Shown here one piece after another: positions 48,848 to 61,639 of a stretch of 64,000 bases of DNA. The notes beneath the pieces are model-generated. The model searched no databases and was not told the origin of the DNA. It was given only the letters and a program-made list of their open reading frames with translations. This stretch comes from Anthoceros angustus. Lineage: Eukaryota; Plantae; Anthocerotophyta. The DNA is taken from contig MU008185.1 of NCBI GenBank assembly GCA_010909165.1, forward strand, positions 186,001-250,000, given 5' to 3'. Both the position numbers and the translations under genes were made by a program. Numbering within the stretch: the stretch's first letter is position 1; every line of letters begins with the position of its first letter.

Positions 48848-49315
48848 ATGGATCTCCTACGGCTCCTGTTGATGCTAGTACTTTTGATGACGTCAAGGAT
48901 TTGCAGCTGCAAAAGCCCAGTGGCAGCAACCGCACAGCCGGCAGAAATCGCGAATACCAACTGTGCGATCCATGTTTGTCGCGCAGACAAGTACGACCCC
49001 TCCGGTCCTTACGCTAAAGCTGTGCAGGCCGCTGTGGAAGATTTGGTTAACTACACCACGCCGGCCACCAACAATTACAGGACTTCAGTGTCGTCGGAAG
49101 ACGGCCAAACAGTTTATGCGGAAGGCATTTGTGCGCCGGTGGTAAGCCAGGATGAATGCACCCAATGCATCAAAACCGTCTCGGAAACCTTGCTTCATGA
49201 TCCGCACTGTGGCCCGGGCAGAGCTGGGGGCCGATCTCGGGTGAGCCACTGCTACATTCGATACGAAAACTTCCACTTCGACGACAGTCTTGTTACGCTC
49301 GCTTGCTGGTGGTGA
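48848..49315 (+). CDS. Secreted single-DUF26 (Gnk2-like) cysteine-rich protein
   Basis: Hydrophobic signal peptide; C-X8-C-X2-C (CAPVVSQDECTQC); VYAEGIC and CYIRYE motifs. Confidence 0.88.
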   Translation: MDLLRLLLMLVLLMTSRICSCKSPVAATAQPAEIANTNCAIHVCRADKYDPSGPYAKAVQAAVEDLVNYTTPATNNYRTSVSSEDGQTVYAEGICAPVVSQDECTQCIKTVSETLLHDPHCGPGRAGGRSRVSHCYIRYENFHFDDSLVTLACWW

Positions 49316-49545
49316 TAACTTTGCGTCAGAGAACTGAAGCTGCGAATTTGCCTTCCATTCTACATAGTGGCCGTGGCCTCCACAACGCTTCCAAATCGAT
49401 CTAGCTCCAGACCAAACGAAGCGTGGCTGTGACAGTGACTCGCAGGCTAGTAGTGTAGCACCTTAGGAGTCGTGGTGTGTGTGGGGAAGACTCCAATTTA
49501 AAAAATTAAATAAATCTTTGACTGCTTACTGAGGTGAACGCAACC

Positions 49546-49616
49546 GCGCAGCTGGTGTAGTGGTATCATAGTACCCTCCCACGGTACTGACCGGGGTTCG
49601 ATTCCCCGGCTGCGCA
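49546..49616 (+). tRNA. tRNA-Gly: tRNA-Gly(CCC)
   Basis: GCGCAGC acceptor stem pairs with GCTGCGC; anticodon arm GTACC-CTCCCAC-GGTAC; GGTTCGATTCC T-arm; T-run about 20 nt downstream. Confidence 0.96.
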
Positions 49617-50039
49617 TAGAGCCCGTTGAGGTGTTATGTTTTTGAATTGAATATGCAAAGCAGTGATTTTACCATGACCTCCCGTTCACACGGAATGAAG
49701 TCCTCTTGGAGTGCCACCGCGAGGGAGAGAGTACCGAGTTCTGGCATGCTACAGAATAGTTAGGGTTCTGCCTTACTTGAATTTTTCGCAGTTTTCCATG
49801 TACATTTTTCAGCATGACCATGGTGAACAGCCACACTTCCACAAGCTCAACAGAGTTTGCTGCGTCGACGTCAAGTTCAGCTGCACCAAATTACAGGCAT
49901 ACACAGCTGCTGCTATAATCTTTGGCAGATGAGGTCAAGGGTGCTGAAAGCTTCGTCATTATCCCGATCAAGCATCAAGCCGGGCAAAGCATTGTCTTCG
50001 TCTCCTCCCCACAACCCTAACAGCCCTACAGGGCCAGGC

Positions 50040-50420
50040 CGGGGACATGGATGTCGTTCGCTACTGATGATCAGCTTTTGGGGACAGCAAATCACTCGGT
50101 ACAAGCATCAGTGGACACCAGAGCGTGTCCCTCGCTTTCAGCAGCAGTGCGTACGAACCCGGCGGTGCGTACGCCAGAGCCGTGCACACCGCCTTGGATG
50201 ATGCGGTTGCCTACAGCACGCCGGCCACCTACACTTATAGGAGCACTTTCTCTACAGAATATGGGCAAACAGTTTATACAGAAGGCATCTGCATTCCCCC
50301 CTTGGTGGTCCACAAAGATGGCACCGAACGCATCAACTTCGTCGCTCTAAGCTTGCTTAACGATCGAAGGTGTCCAGAAGTGGCTGCCCATCTCGGGCCA
50401 CTTACAACGCCATTCGATCC
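50040..50420 (+). pseudogene. Degenerate DUF26 paralog
   Basis: AYEPGGAYARAV...YGQTVYTEGIC parallels the 48848 gene, but the signal peptide is out of frame and the C-X8-C-X2-C cysteines are lost. Confidence 0.75.
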
Positions 50421-51058
50421 GAAAATTTCGATTTCAATGACACGTTTCTTTCTCCCGCTTGCTTCTGGGAACAGCTTGTGTGTCCCAGCTCTAGGTGAAG
50501 CCATGAATCTACTTGCTCACTTTTTCACTTGAAAAGATAGGTGTGTTGTTGTGACTTTAGAGGATTCTCTTCTATGCTCCCTGCTATGATTTTGTTCTTC
50601 TTCTTCCCAAATCAGGGAAGCTTGGCTATCATCTTAGGTAGCAGCATACTTGAGCACATTACTCTTCCTCTTGTGTTGGAGCTGGTAGCATATTTGGAAA
50701 GTTCTCTTCAACCTATCTCTTTGCATAAATATTGTTTTTATTTAAAAATAAAAACCTCTAGATATTAAAATCTTTTGAAATTTGATCCTTTACTAAAGTT
50801 TTGTCCAAGATGTTATCCTGTTCATGATCCTTAGTTGCATATGTATTTAGAAATAGATATATGATTTTTTACAGAAAAGATTATTATTATTATTGATATA
50901 TTTTAAGTACTATATTTTACTAGCTTTTTTTCCCCTGATTTCATACCTTTAATCTACACCTGCACCTCCATATCATAAATGTATGAACCATATATTATAA
51001 ATTATTGGTATAAGTCTTTTATGATAATTACATCATTAGAATTACACAAAATGGAAGT

Positions 51059-51586
51059 TCAACAAGGGCATTCATAATCTTGACAATCGATTGCACAAAT
51101 CCAAAGTTTTGTTCCACTATTATTTAGTTGCACGCATTCACATTCATAGTCTCTATTAGAAAGAGGTGCAAACCCATCTTCAGAATCGGAAACTAAACAA
51201 AGGGCGACAGCTAAATCATCTTTAGTCCTTATACATTTTCCACACTCCTCTGGATTCAATAATTGGTCCCATAAAGGACTTTCATCCTTTTTCACAGGGT
51301 AGGATCCTTTCACATCTGCATCTCCACTTATCAAAGTTGGTAGTGGAAGAGAACAAAAAGTGTATTTGATATTTCTCACATTAGATGTGTATTTATCCAA
51401 ATAAGTACATCTAGTTGAGGCATCATTAATACATATATCCGAAGTAGATAATTGAACACATGATAAGGGACATGTGCGATTTGAACTTGCATTTACTGAA
51501 ATAATGCTGATTAAAAGAACAAGGGCCAACAAAAGTTTTGCAATGCTAGTACTTACTTTTGTGATTGAATCAAACATCTTTCTCAA
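51059..51586 (-). CDS. Orphan secreted cysteine-rich protein (about 172-175 aa, 14 Cys), intronless and AT-rich
   Basis: Signal-like KLLLALVLLISIISVNA; long open frame in stop-rich AT sequence; ends WICAIDCQDYECPC*. Confidence 0.7.
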   Translation of the reverse strand: MRKMFDSITKVSTSIAKLLLALVLLISIISVNASSNRTCPLSCVQLSTSDICINDASTRCTYLDKYTSNVRNIKYTFCSLPLPTLISGDADVKGSYPVKKDESPLWDQLLNPEECGKCIRTKDDLAVALCLVSDSEDGFAPLSNRDYECECVQLNNSGTKLWICAIDCQDYECPC

Positions 51587-51997
51587 CTATGGACTAGGTA
51601 CTAATATGCACTATACTCGTCATCAAAGACACTTTTTCACTCCTTGGACTATTCTATCAAAAGTTGCTCACTAACTTTTTCAAACTTTACAGATGAAGTA
51701 CGAGAGCCCCAACTCTAACCCAGTGTTATACAAAGTGTTCCTAGATCTTGATAGTCATACTACCTACCTAATCATAAAACGTTAAACAACACAAACGAGC
51801 AGCCCAAGTTTGGCTGCTGGGCTCTGCAGAGAGGAGGACGCTTTTTATATTGAAGAAAATTCCTAGAAAATGGCGAGAGGTGAGATAACGGCACACCCAG
51901 CACGGCGGTGGCGGATGAATGATTGGCGCATTATTGCACCATCTGTAAGGAAGGCGTGGGCTCGGGAGGAGAGCGTTGGAGCGTCTGCTCTGCAGCG

Positions 51998-52501
51998 ATG
52001 GCGGGGCTGGAGAGGCGAATCCTGGCGGTGCTGCTGTTTCTGGCGCTGGCGAGCGAAGCTTCGGCCACCAAATACGTGGTGGGATTCTGGATGCACTTCA
52101 CGGACTCCACGCCGGTGTTCGGATCGGTCCTCGAGGGCGGGGACGCAGACTCGCACTTCGGCAAGGGCATCGTCTTCGATTACCCCATCACCGGCGGGGT
52201 CACCGTGGACACCACCCGCCTGGGCTCCGCGCGGGGCATCTACGTGGCCAACTCCAACACCCCGGGCAGCGAGACCTTTCTGGAGGACCTCACAGTCTCC
52301 TTCACCGCGCTCAGCCAATACTCCAGCAGCTCCCTCCAAATCTCCGGCCTTTGGAACGAAGCAGACGCGGTGCACGAGTTGCCTGTCACCGGCGGCACCG
52401 GCTACTTCCGCTTTGCGGTGGGATACGCCTTGTTCGAGCGGGTTCCCCAATCCGAAACGGATTCTTACTTCGTCCGGATCACGCTCAATGTTCCTTCTTG
52501 A
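51998..52501 (+). CDS. Dirigent-domain protein, intronless, secreted
   Basis: Signal peptide; FGKGIVFDYPIT, LGSARGIY and HELPVTGGTGYFRFAVGYA match dirigent motifs. Confidence 0.88.
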   Translation: MAGLERRILAVLLFLALASEASATKYVVGFWMHFTDSTPVFGSVLEGGDADSHFGKGIVFDYPITGGVTVDTTRLGSARGIYVANSNTPGSETFLEDLTVSFTALSQYSSSSLQISGLWNEADAVHELPVTGGTGYFRFAVGYALFERVPQSETDSYFVRITLNVPS

Positions 52502-52989
52502 TGTGTCTGCCTGCCTGCGGCTTTGTTGCGTAAGATAGCAAGGTCTGGCTTTGCTGTTGTCGTTGCTCCCTTTTTCAGGGCAAGGGCGGCAAGGCAATTT
52601 TTGCTGCACGGTTCCAGCTCTGCTTCTTTTTCAAAAATATTCTGCCTGCTGCATTATCAGGCTTTTCTCTCATCTGTTCCTGTTGCTTTTCCGTACATCG
52701 GTGCTTGGTGGATGCTGAGTCCGTTCCTGTTACCTGGATGAGCTTGGAGGAATTCGTGGAAACTCATCCGAGCTCAGTGTTGGCGATTGACCCTGTCTGA
52801 ATGATGTGAGCAACTCTTAGAGGACTCAACAGCACTGCCGTCACGCTTCATCCCACCCTGGTTGGGATTACGCACTCTTCATCCAGCTCCAGCTTCGTTG
52901 TTCAAGGAGGGAGCTGGCAGAATGCTGAAAGACGGTTTGTCGTTGGTGCTGCACAGGACTGACTGGGTTCTGAGGAGTGCTCCTTCGAA

Positions 52990-55137
52990 AGGAATGAGAA
53001 ATTCCCATTTTGCGCTAGCATGCAGGGCAGTTGTGCAGTGCAGGCTCTCATGGATGTGGGTTTCGTAGTACATGCAGAAACGCTGGCCACAACGTGGGCT
53101 AGTTATTCCCTCACACCACCTGCCAATACGCACACAACAGGCTCCTGATTCGTCAACATCCTGATAGGCAGAGAGGCAACTCAGAAAAGGGAAGAGGTTG
53201 AACCTAAGTGGGAGATCATGCTCTAAAAGACTTCCAGGTCCAGAAAGTTGCATGTCATGCTAGGAGCTTGGGTGTGACAAGTGACTCGAGGCTATCAGTG
53301 TAACAGCAACACATTAGCATCATATGATTTGGAAGCATACTACTTCTAAACAGATCCCTCACAGATGAAGCCATCTCCCCACAGTTCAAACTCCAAAGTC
53401 ATTTCGAACATCTCCTGAGCGCTTCAGCTTAGTGAATCTTCTCGTCGACTCTAAATCGTATGCACAGTAGCTGAGAGCTCACGAGGAGAAATTGCCTAGG
53501 GCTAGGCAGGACAAAGAAAGAGAGAATGAAGAACTGAATTGTATGAGTAACCTTGAAGTCCTCGAGCGACAGCGACTGAGGAGCCCGGAAATGGTCATCG
53601 TTGATGTAAATGCTAATGTTGCGGGCCGCGGCTCGGGGCACAAGCGCGGGGCAGGCAAGGCAAGGCAGGCCCCTGACTCCGCACCTTGCTTTGTTCTAGA
53701 ACGATTTCGGTGGCAATTGTCTGGGGTTTGGTGTTTGTGCCCTCTGAACTGCCCACAAAACTGGTGTGGGAGCTCTCCAAATCTCAGACGAAAGCAACTT
53801 TCAAGCCGCTGGGTGTCCGTGTATACCGCCACGAGGACGACGAAGCCACGAGGTATCGGACATGACTTCAGATGAGAGAAAGGAGCTGCAGGTGACGTCG
53901 TTAGTGGAGGATGAAGTTTGGCGGGATCTGCGAGTAGAGTTATGATTTCCGTCGGCTTTAGCTGCAGGAGCTGGGAAGCTTTGGGTAGCGCCCTCTGGCT
54001 GTCACTTCGACTTACCTCCTCCTCTTCATCCTGCTGACCACCAGGCAGATCCTTTCAACAAAGTTGGTGATGAGCGTACTGTTCTCAACACTGGCATGGA
54101 TGTAGAGTTTAGGGCCTTTTTTGGAATTTGGTTTGCTTCAACCAGTTGATGGCATTGCTTATAAACCTGGGATTGACATGTGGAGGAGCCAAGCCTTTCC
54201 ATTAGCATTTGATTGCAGTATAGTGGCTCATTTCCACCTATGGGCAATTAGACAAGCTCAACAGCACTGGTGTCACGCTTCATCCCACCCTAGGTAAGGT
54301 TCTCACTCACAGCCTCATTTTACAAGGAGGCAGTTGGCAAAATGCTGAAGACGGTTTGTCATAAGAGCTGGAAGGGTCTCTGCTGATGAGTGCCTCCTTC
54401 ATTAAGGATGAGAGTAGTGCTGACCTAATTCACACCAGCAAAGGAGCAACAAACATGGACAAGGTGAACGCTTGGAAACCCTTACCTCGCTCATGGCCAC
54501 CGAGTACGTCCCGCCTGTGCGCTCGCACAGCAGCCAGACCGACCACAGAGCACCGGACGTTGGCCTCCTGGCACTTCTTGATGGAGTCCATGATGTCCCC
54601 GGGGCCGCAGGTGCTGAGCGCAGAGAAGAGCAGCGGCACTTCCCGGTGGCCATAGGTGTTAAGATCTCCCAAGAAACCTCGAGGGCAATCCAGCGCGTTC
54701 TGAATGGACGCCTCCCCGGCGCACTCCATGTTGGAGCGCAGAGACCTGATATGCGACTCTGGGCTGCCGCTCAAATCCGTGAGCCGCTCCGCCCCGCCGT
54801 TCCTCATCACAATCAGCCACAGATGGCTCAGCGGATTCTGGTCGAAGAATTCCCGCACAAAGAGCTCCACGCAGTTCACGGCCAGGGCCATGCGGCCGGG
54901 CCTGAAGTCCGCTTCCGCTCCTGGCTACCGTAGAGGTAGCGGATCATGCCCCGCTACTCATGCGGCACGGCGATGGAGTGCAGCCGCCGCCTTTGCCCCC
55001 GCAGCCTGCCAGGCTCGTCCTCCTGCAACGTCTCCCATGATCTCTCATCCGCATATGCTCTCTCCCAGGCCTCCCGCTTCCTCGTCCACCGCCACGTCTT
55101 CCCCGTCTTTCTCCGGATCCAACCCCGCCGCCTCCAT
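52990..55137 (-). pseudogene. GTF2H2: TFIIH p44 (GTF2H2/SSL1) degenerate, rearranged pseudogene
   Basis: AWERAYADERSWE, FVREFFDQNPLS, LSGSPESHI, YGHREV, LCERTGGTYSVAMSE|gtaag and C-terminal CGQRFC...IHESLH, with frameshifts and stops; ~52790-53030 is duplicated at ~54210-54430. Confidence 0.85.
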
Positions 55138-55280
55138 CGCCACGCTCCCGCCTTCACCTATTAACAGACCGTCAGCAAGGACGGAGATACAGTAGACTGC
55201 CATAACGTGTGTTTCACATAAAGTGTATAACGGCTGCTTACATACATAGCATATGCGCTAATGCCTCACTTGCCCACATA

Positions 55281-56967
55281 ATGAGACTTGCGAGATTGTT
55301 CTCGACATTTTCTGCCAGGGGGCTGAATGCAACTCTCTTCCCTGGAGATGGAATTGGGCCAGAGATTGCCTCTTCTGTCAAGCAGGTATTGGCAATGCTT
55401 GTGGTCAGCCTTCTCCTTCTTGGGATGTGTGGATGTTGAAGCTGTGTTCTGTTGCTGTGATTGACGGGCTGTGAGAATGAGGAACTATGGTGTTTGGAGA
55501 CGTGGGTTACGAGCGTTTGCATTCTTGGTCTGGTGGATGGCTGCGTCCATCTGTTCAGATTCTCAAGGCTGCTAATGTCCCCGTCGAGTGGGAGGAGCAT
55601 CATGTCGGGACGAAGGTGGACCCTAGAACCGGGAGCTTTGTGACCAAGGAGAGCATGGACTCGGTGCGAAAGAATGGGATCGGGTTGAAGGGCCCAATGG
55701 CAACACCCATTGGCAAGGGCCACAAGTCACTCAACCTCACTCTGCGGAAGGAGCTAGGGCTCTACGCAAATGTGAGGCCCTGTCTGAGTATTCCAGGTTA
55801 TAAGACGAAGTATGATAAGGTTGATCTTATCACCATCAGGGAGAATACGGAAGGCGAGTATAGCGGGCTTGAGCACCAGGTTGGGGCACTTGTTCAACTC
55901 AATTCGACTTTGGTGGTTCCCGAGCTCTGAGAGGCTGCAAGACTGGCCAGCTGATTTTGCATGGTGGCTATCCTTGCAGCCTATGGGGCTGGGTAACCTA
56001 ATCCTGCCCATGTCCAGGTGGTCAAGGGCATCGTGGAGAGCCTCAAGATCATCACCCGCCAGGCCAGCTCTCGCGTTGCAGAGTATGCTTTTCACTACGC
56101 GAAAGAGCATAACAGGAAGCGGGTGTCGGCCATTCATAAGGCCAACATTATGAAGAAGACTGATGGCCTTTTTCTGCAGGTCTCTCTCTCTCTGTCAAAG
56201 CGGTGCTGCCATAGCAATGCTCTCGTTTTCTTTACCACTGTCAATTGCATTGGCAGTGCTGTCGGGAAGTATCCGAGAAGTACCCGGATATTATCTACGA
56301 GGAGGTGATCATAGACAACTGCTGCATGATGGTAAACACCCCACCTCGTACCAGTGGGGCTTACTGGATCTGATGCTGCTTGGTTGCCTCTTATGAAACC
56401 CTCCCTTGTTTTCTGCAGCTTGTGAAGAATCCGTCCTTGTTCGACGTTCTGGTCATGCCTAATCTTTATGGTGACATTATCAGCGACTTGTGCGCTGGTT
56501 TGATCGGAGGTCTTGGATTGACTCCCAGGCAAGAATCCTGCCTCAAGTCACCAGGGCATTCATTTCCTGGTTTACCTTACCCTTGCCTATCCTGCCATCT
56601 AACTACTCCTCTATGCTGCAACAGTGGAAACATCGGTGACAATGGGCTTGCTCTGATGGAAGCTGTCCACGGCACAGCTCCTGACATTGCAGGAAAGGTC
56701 AGTACTTGTCTTCAGCTCCAGGCAAGGTGCTTAACTGTGTGGCCGACTAAATCTTGGAACCTTGTGATGCAGAACAAGGCAAATCCTACAGCCCTGCTCC
56801 TAAGCTCAGTCATGATGCTTCGGCATCTGAACATGTCTCAGCAGGCTGATAGCATCCAGAACGCAGTACTCAAGACGATAGCAGAGGGCACATGGCGTAC
56901 TGGTGATCTTGGGGGCTCAGCATCTACTAGTGATTTTACTAAGGCTGTGTGCGACAATCTTCAATAG
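55281..56967 (+). CDS. IDH: Mitochondrial NAD-dependent isocitrate dehydrogenase, catalytic (IDH5/6-type) subunit, multi-exon
   Basis: Short Arg/Ser presequence; [75 protein letters not shown]. Confidence 0.95.
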
Positions 56968-57361
56968 CATGTCTACATTCCAATTTCCATGGACACACAT
57001 GTGAGAAGCTTGAACAGACGTGCATGCTTGTAATGTACTCATGAATTCCTCCCAGGATTGCCGGGAGCCCTAGCCATTTTTTTTTTGCCAGGCAAGGTTG
57101 GCCATTTGCTGCAGGGAGCAGGTTCTGGGGAGGCAGACGTTGGACCATTGGACAGAACTTCAACTGAATGTGTACCAATTAAAACTTCTGATTCAAATTT
57201 GACATAGCACCAAAAGGTGGAGATAACATTGCCGAGGTTTGTCACGTACGTGGGGCTGCAGGCAGACATTAAGAGAAGCTGTTGTGTTTTCATCTCGAGC
57301 TACAGAACTGTTCCTTCTCGGTTGGAACCTTATCGTGTTGATAAGATGATTTTTTTGCTGT

Positions 57362-57500
57362 AGGTGGAGAGTTTCCACCTTCAGTAGAGCTTCCACCATT
57401 TCTGAAGGTGGAAACGTTCCACCTTCAATGAAAAGGACGTTCCACCTTCAATAAAAAGGTTGAGCAGAGAAAGAGAGGTGGAGACTTTCCCACCTCTTAT
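57362..57500. repeat. TTCCACCT/AGGTGGA motif cluster with a 14-bp perfect hairpin
   Basis: gtttccaccttcag (57371-57384) versus ctgaaggtggaaac (57402-57415), plus further copies nearby. Confidence 0.8.
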
Positions 57501-58756
57501 CGCCCACTGGATGGAGAAATTTCCTACTTGATAAACATAGGAAAACGAACGCGGATGTGATTCATTTCCATTTTCCTACTGAGTGCGGGTGTATAACCCT
57601 TGGTTTTGATTGGCGGATTGAATGTGGGTCAAGCATGTTCATAGACAAATCTGCAATTTGGGTCACCATTGTATGGAATTAAGCACAAGTGGCTTCAGCC
57701 AATCGTGTTACACACTTTTTTTTTCACAGATCCACGTGACGCCAAGGTCAGCGACTCTGTTTTGGGAGTAGTGTGAACTTTGCGGATGACCAAAATGCAG
57801 AGAGTGGTTACCTTGTGATTGTAATGCTATACACGTGATTGCCTACATTCCCTTCTCCCAATGGCAGCATGCTTGCCTGGATTACAGACCCCAAGAACTC
57901 CAATTTTCGTTCTTAGTCAAGATTCCACACGCAACGAAAATATCAAATCAGCTAGGCAAACCCAAAAATACAGACTGACAAAAAGAGTCACCTCACGCAC
58001 AACCACTCCACCAGACGTGGGGAAGGTATCGGCCATCCCACGACCTGGCAAGAAACCTGCGAATAGTAGTGGACTCTTCGGCCCTGTCGAAGTTACGAAA
58101 AACCCAACAAGACCCAGGGACGACAGCGAGTAGAGACTCTGAGAGTACCCACTCAAAGATGACAAGACAGATAACATCACTGACATACTCTTAAGAATCA
58201 AATAAGACTAGACACAAGGGAGTGGAGTCCATGACTAAAGGGGTACTCTGAAGAGGGAAAGCTTTATTCCGCATATGGCGAGCCGTAATACAGGAGGACG
58301 GTCATCCCGAAAAGAAATGACAAGCGCACTGATCCAAAAAAATAATGTCCAAATAACAGCGAAAGCTGCGGATAACTCCTACGACTAGCAAAAAGAAGAG
58401 GAAGGAACATCAAGACGGGAACAAAAATTTCACCCCATCGCAAGCAGGCTGATGATGGAATAACTGCGGGAGCATTGGTACGGGGGATGGTTAATAACGC
58501 GATAGATTCACAATCTGAGACAACACCTCCACTTTGTTGTAACGACACCGAATGGCTCAAAAGAAAAAGGACCTACATACTAAACCGTACAAGGTTGCTC
58601 AGGCCTCTGCTGCTCATAAAAGAATTCAATTCTGCAGCCGCCTGTAAACAGGCTCCCATACAAGCAGCCACTCATCCACTTAAGAAAGATTATTCTGTCA
58701 AATTGACACCAAGCACCCTCCATGTGCTAAAGAAAGAGAAAAAATTTGAATGTGAG

Positions 58757-60617
58757 TTAAATCCTCTCCCGGGACACCGACCGTCCTGAGCGACCTAAAC
58801 GCAAAGACCTATCTCCTCTTTGTGAGAACCTGACCTTGTCGTCCAAATCCCTGGTCAAGCGCTCCAGCGACCTTTCCTTCTCACGAAGCTGCTCCAGCAA
58901 GCTTGCAGCAGGTGCCCCATCCTCCCCATCCCCATCCCCTTGCACGAGGGTGGGGGTGGTGGTAACTCCATTCTCACCTGGCAGCTTACCACTCTTGACC
59001 AGGTCCTCAAGAGCTCGAATCTCCTCCTTCAGTTTTTTCTCATCCGGGGTTTCCTCTCTGCACGGCCATATACAGTTTATGAGCAGGAGCAGTCGGGTTC
59101 AGCCCAGGCCAAAAGGTCTATATTTCCCCAAAAAAGAAACAAAATGAAACAGCTGGATGCCCTCCAACAACCAACAGCCAGAGCTTGCAACCCCAACAGG
59201 TTGCCCAGATCCACTACACTGCAGGCACTAACCTTCCTACAGCTCGGTGCTCCAGTTCAAAATCTATTTTGCGGTAGTCCTTGCCCTTCTCCTCCAGCAG
59301 CACCTCCCGGGGCTTAGCGTTCCCGAACGGATTGATCTTCACCCTAGGTTTCACCACCCCGTCAGACCCCACCTCCGGAGTCTGAGGCCGGCTGGAGTGC
59401 GAGCTGGACGGCCGGCTGGTGCTCTCCCGCTCCACCTCCAGCTTCCGCCAGTCCAGCCCCTTCTCCGCAAGAACCTCCTCCCGGGGCCTGGCCGCCCCGA
59501 ACGGATTAGCCCTAGGTTTCGGCTTGGGAGGCAGCTCCTGCTCCTCCTCCAGCCCCTGATCCCGCTGCTCCTGTCCTCCAACCCCAGCCGGGGTCTTGTT
59601 CTCGCTCCCCTCCCGCTCCACCACCAGGGGAGGAGGCGAGCTCGACTCCACCGGCCTGGTGCGTGGCTGCAGCACCAGCCTGGGCCGCTCCGAGGTCCGC
59701 CCGGAGTCGTACGGCTCCCGCGACGGCTCCCGCTCCCTCCTGGACCACCGATCCGCATCCGCCCCGGGCTCCCGATAATCAAACCCTCCCCCAGGGCCCC
59801 TCGGCCCGGCGCTGGGAACGAACTTCTTCACCGCTCCCCAGTTGTCCACCTCGTCCGCCCGGGACGAAAGATCGCTCCTTCCATCATCGGACCGGAAGCT
59901 CGGGCGCGAATCCAACGTCGGCACAAACTTCTTCCCGGAACCCCAGTTGTCCACCTCGTCAGCCCTAGACGGCAAGTCCCGGTCGCTCAGCCTGCTCCTG
60001 CGCTCCTCATCGCCATAGCCGCCGCCGCCGCCGCCATAGCCGCCGGCATACCCTCCGCCGCCGCCGCCGCCGCCGGCACCAACAACCTTCTTGCCCGCGC
60101 CCCAGTTCTCATTTTCGTCCGCCCTGGAGGGCCCGAACTCGGCATCCCTATCCCTCCCAAATCCGGACCGCTCCCGTTCCCGCTCCCTGCCCTCCTCCCG
60201 CTCATACCCTCCCCCAAAGGACCTCTCAGGGCGGGGATCGTCCCGATCCCTGCCACCCCCGCCGCTCCGGAAGCCACCGTAGTTGGAGAAGCCGCCGCCG
60301 AGGGTGCCAGGCTCCGGCTCCTCCCCCGTGCGGTCCCGGGGTCCCGTGGGAAACATGCGCTGCTCCGTGGGAGTGAGGCCCCGGGAGTCCGAGATCTGCC
60401 GGTTCCTGCCGCCATGGCCCACGTAAATCCCCTGCGTGAACTCGCTGAAGGTCATAGGCTGGTTCTTCTTTTTCTTGCTCTTGGTCTGCGTCACGGCGGT
60501 GGACAGGTCCGGGAAGTCCGTGCTGCTGGCCACGGGAGCCCGGGCGCTCTCCCTCTCGGCGTCTGCACGCTCCGCCTCGGCCGCCCAGGCGCCGGCGCCT
60601 CCCCATGGCTTTGCCAT
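58757..60617 (-). CDS. eIF4B: Plant-type translation initiation factor eIF4B
   Basis: MAKPWGGAGAWAAEAERAD, repeated SRADEVDNWG, ERPRLVLQPR, NPFGAARPREEVL, and a C-terminal LERLTRDLDDKVRF exon. Confidence 0.93.
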
Positions 60618-61639
60618 CACCTGCGTTTGCTGCTGGCTGCACTCGGCTCCCGCCGCTGCTGCTCCTGTGGATGCTGCTGCCTTCTCCTGCCGCTCTCGCG
60701 CTAGCCCTCAAGCTGCTGCTGCTGCGTCGCCCAGCAACAACAAGACCAGCCGCAAAGACAGACAGACGCCCGCGAGGGCCCGGTCTCACACGAACGCCAG
60801 CTCCTGCCAACTTCACACATATACACTATTAACCCCAGCACACTCCTCCTATCCTTCCCTTGCCTTAACGACTCGCCCCTTATTTTTACATACCTACATC
60901 TGTAGGTGGACATGAACGCCTCCACCCACTTCCGAGAAAACAAATAGAACCGAATCAACCACTATGTAGCTACAACGTAGGTAGTTAACTCCCTTTACGC
61001 TCCTCAATATTATTGAAAAAATATCTTTTAATATTTAATATATTACTCAATTGAAGAATATCCTTTTCTCAATCTGAGACATCAAGTTTTCACCCATTTT
61101 TCAGTATTCATCTTCTATTTTTATTTATAAGATATATTAGTTTTACTTGAGTGACATACAATTGTGAAATAAAAATATCTAATTGTCTATCACTACGTAC
61201 AAATTCAAAATCCTAGTTTTTTTAGAGAGCTTGGTCCTCTTTGCCCCATCCTGACCTCCCGAGTCTTAATTCAAGACTCTCGCATTTTGGAGGCGTCCGT
61301 CTCGGAGGTTGAGGAGGGGGTATTTCCCTAGCATGCGTCCTTAAGGACGGCCAGGGTCTCTATCCTCTGAGGCTAGGGCCGCCATGCCTCTTTTCTCCTC
61401 CCTCCCCGAGGTTGGGATGCGGGGGCTTTAAGAATCGCTCCTGGAGAAGCATTATGGGCAGGCGCAGCTGGGCCTTCTTCGAAATTCCTCCATTCCCAGG
61501 CCCACCCATGCTCCGGGCTTCGCTCTTGTTCGAGGAAGGGAGCAGGTTCCTGGCTTCTAGCTCGTCCCAGTATCTAGGCGTTCCGCATCGCACTAGCAAC
61601 CTTTTCTACCGCGATGCATTTTCACCTGGGTCTGGTTGA

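Noticed and set aside
59247-60704. 485-aa plus-strand ORF
   Set aside because: Antisense shadow of GC-rich eIF4B exon 1.
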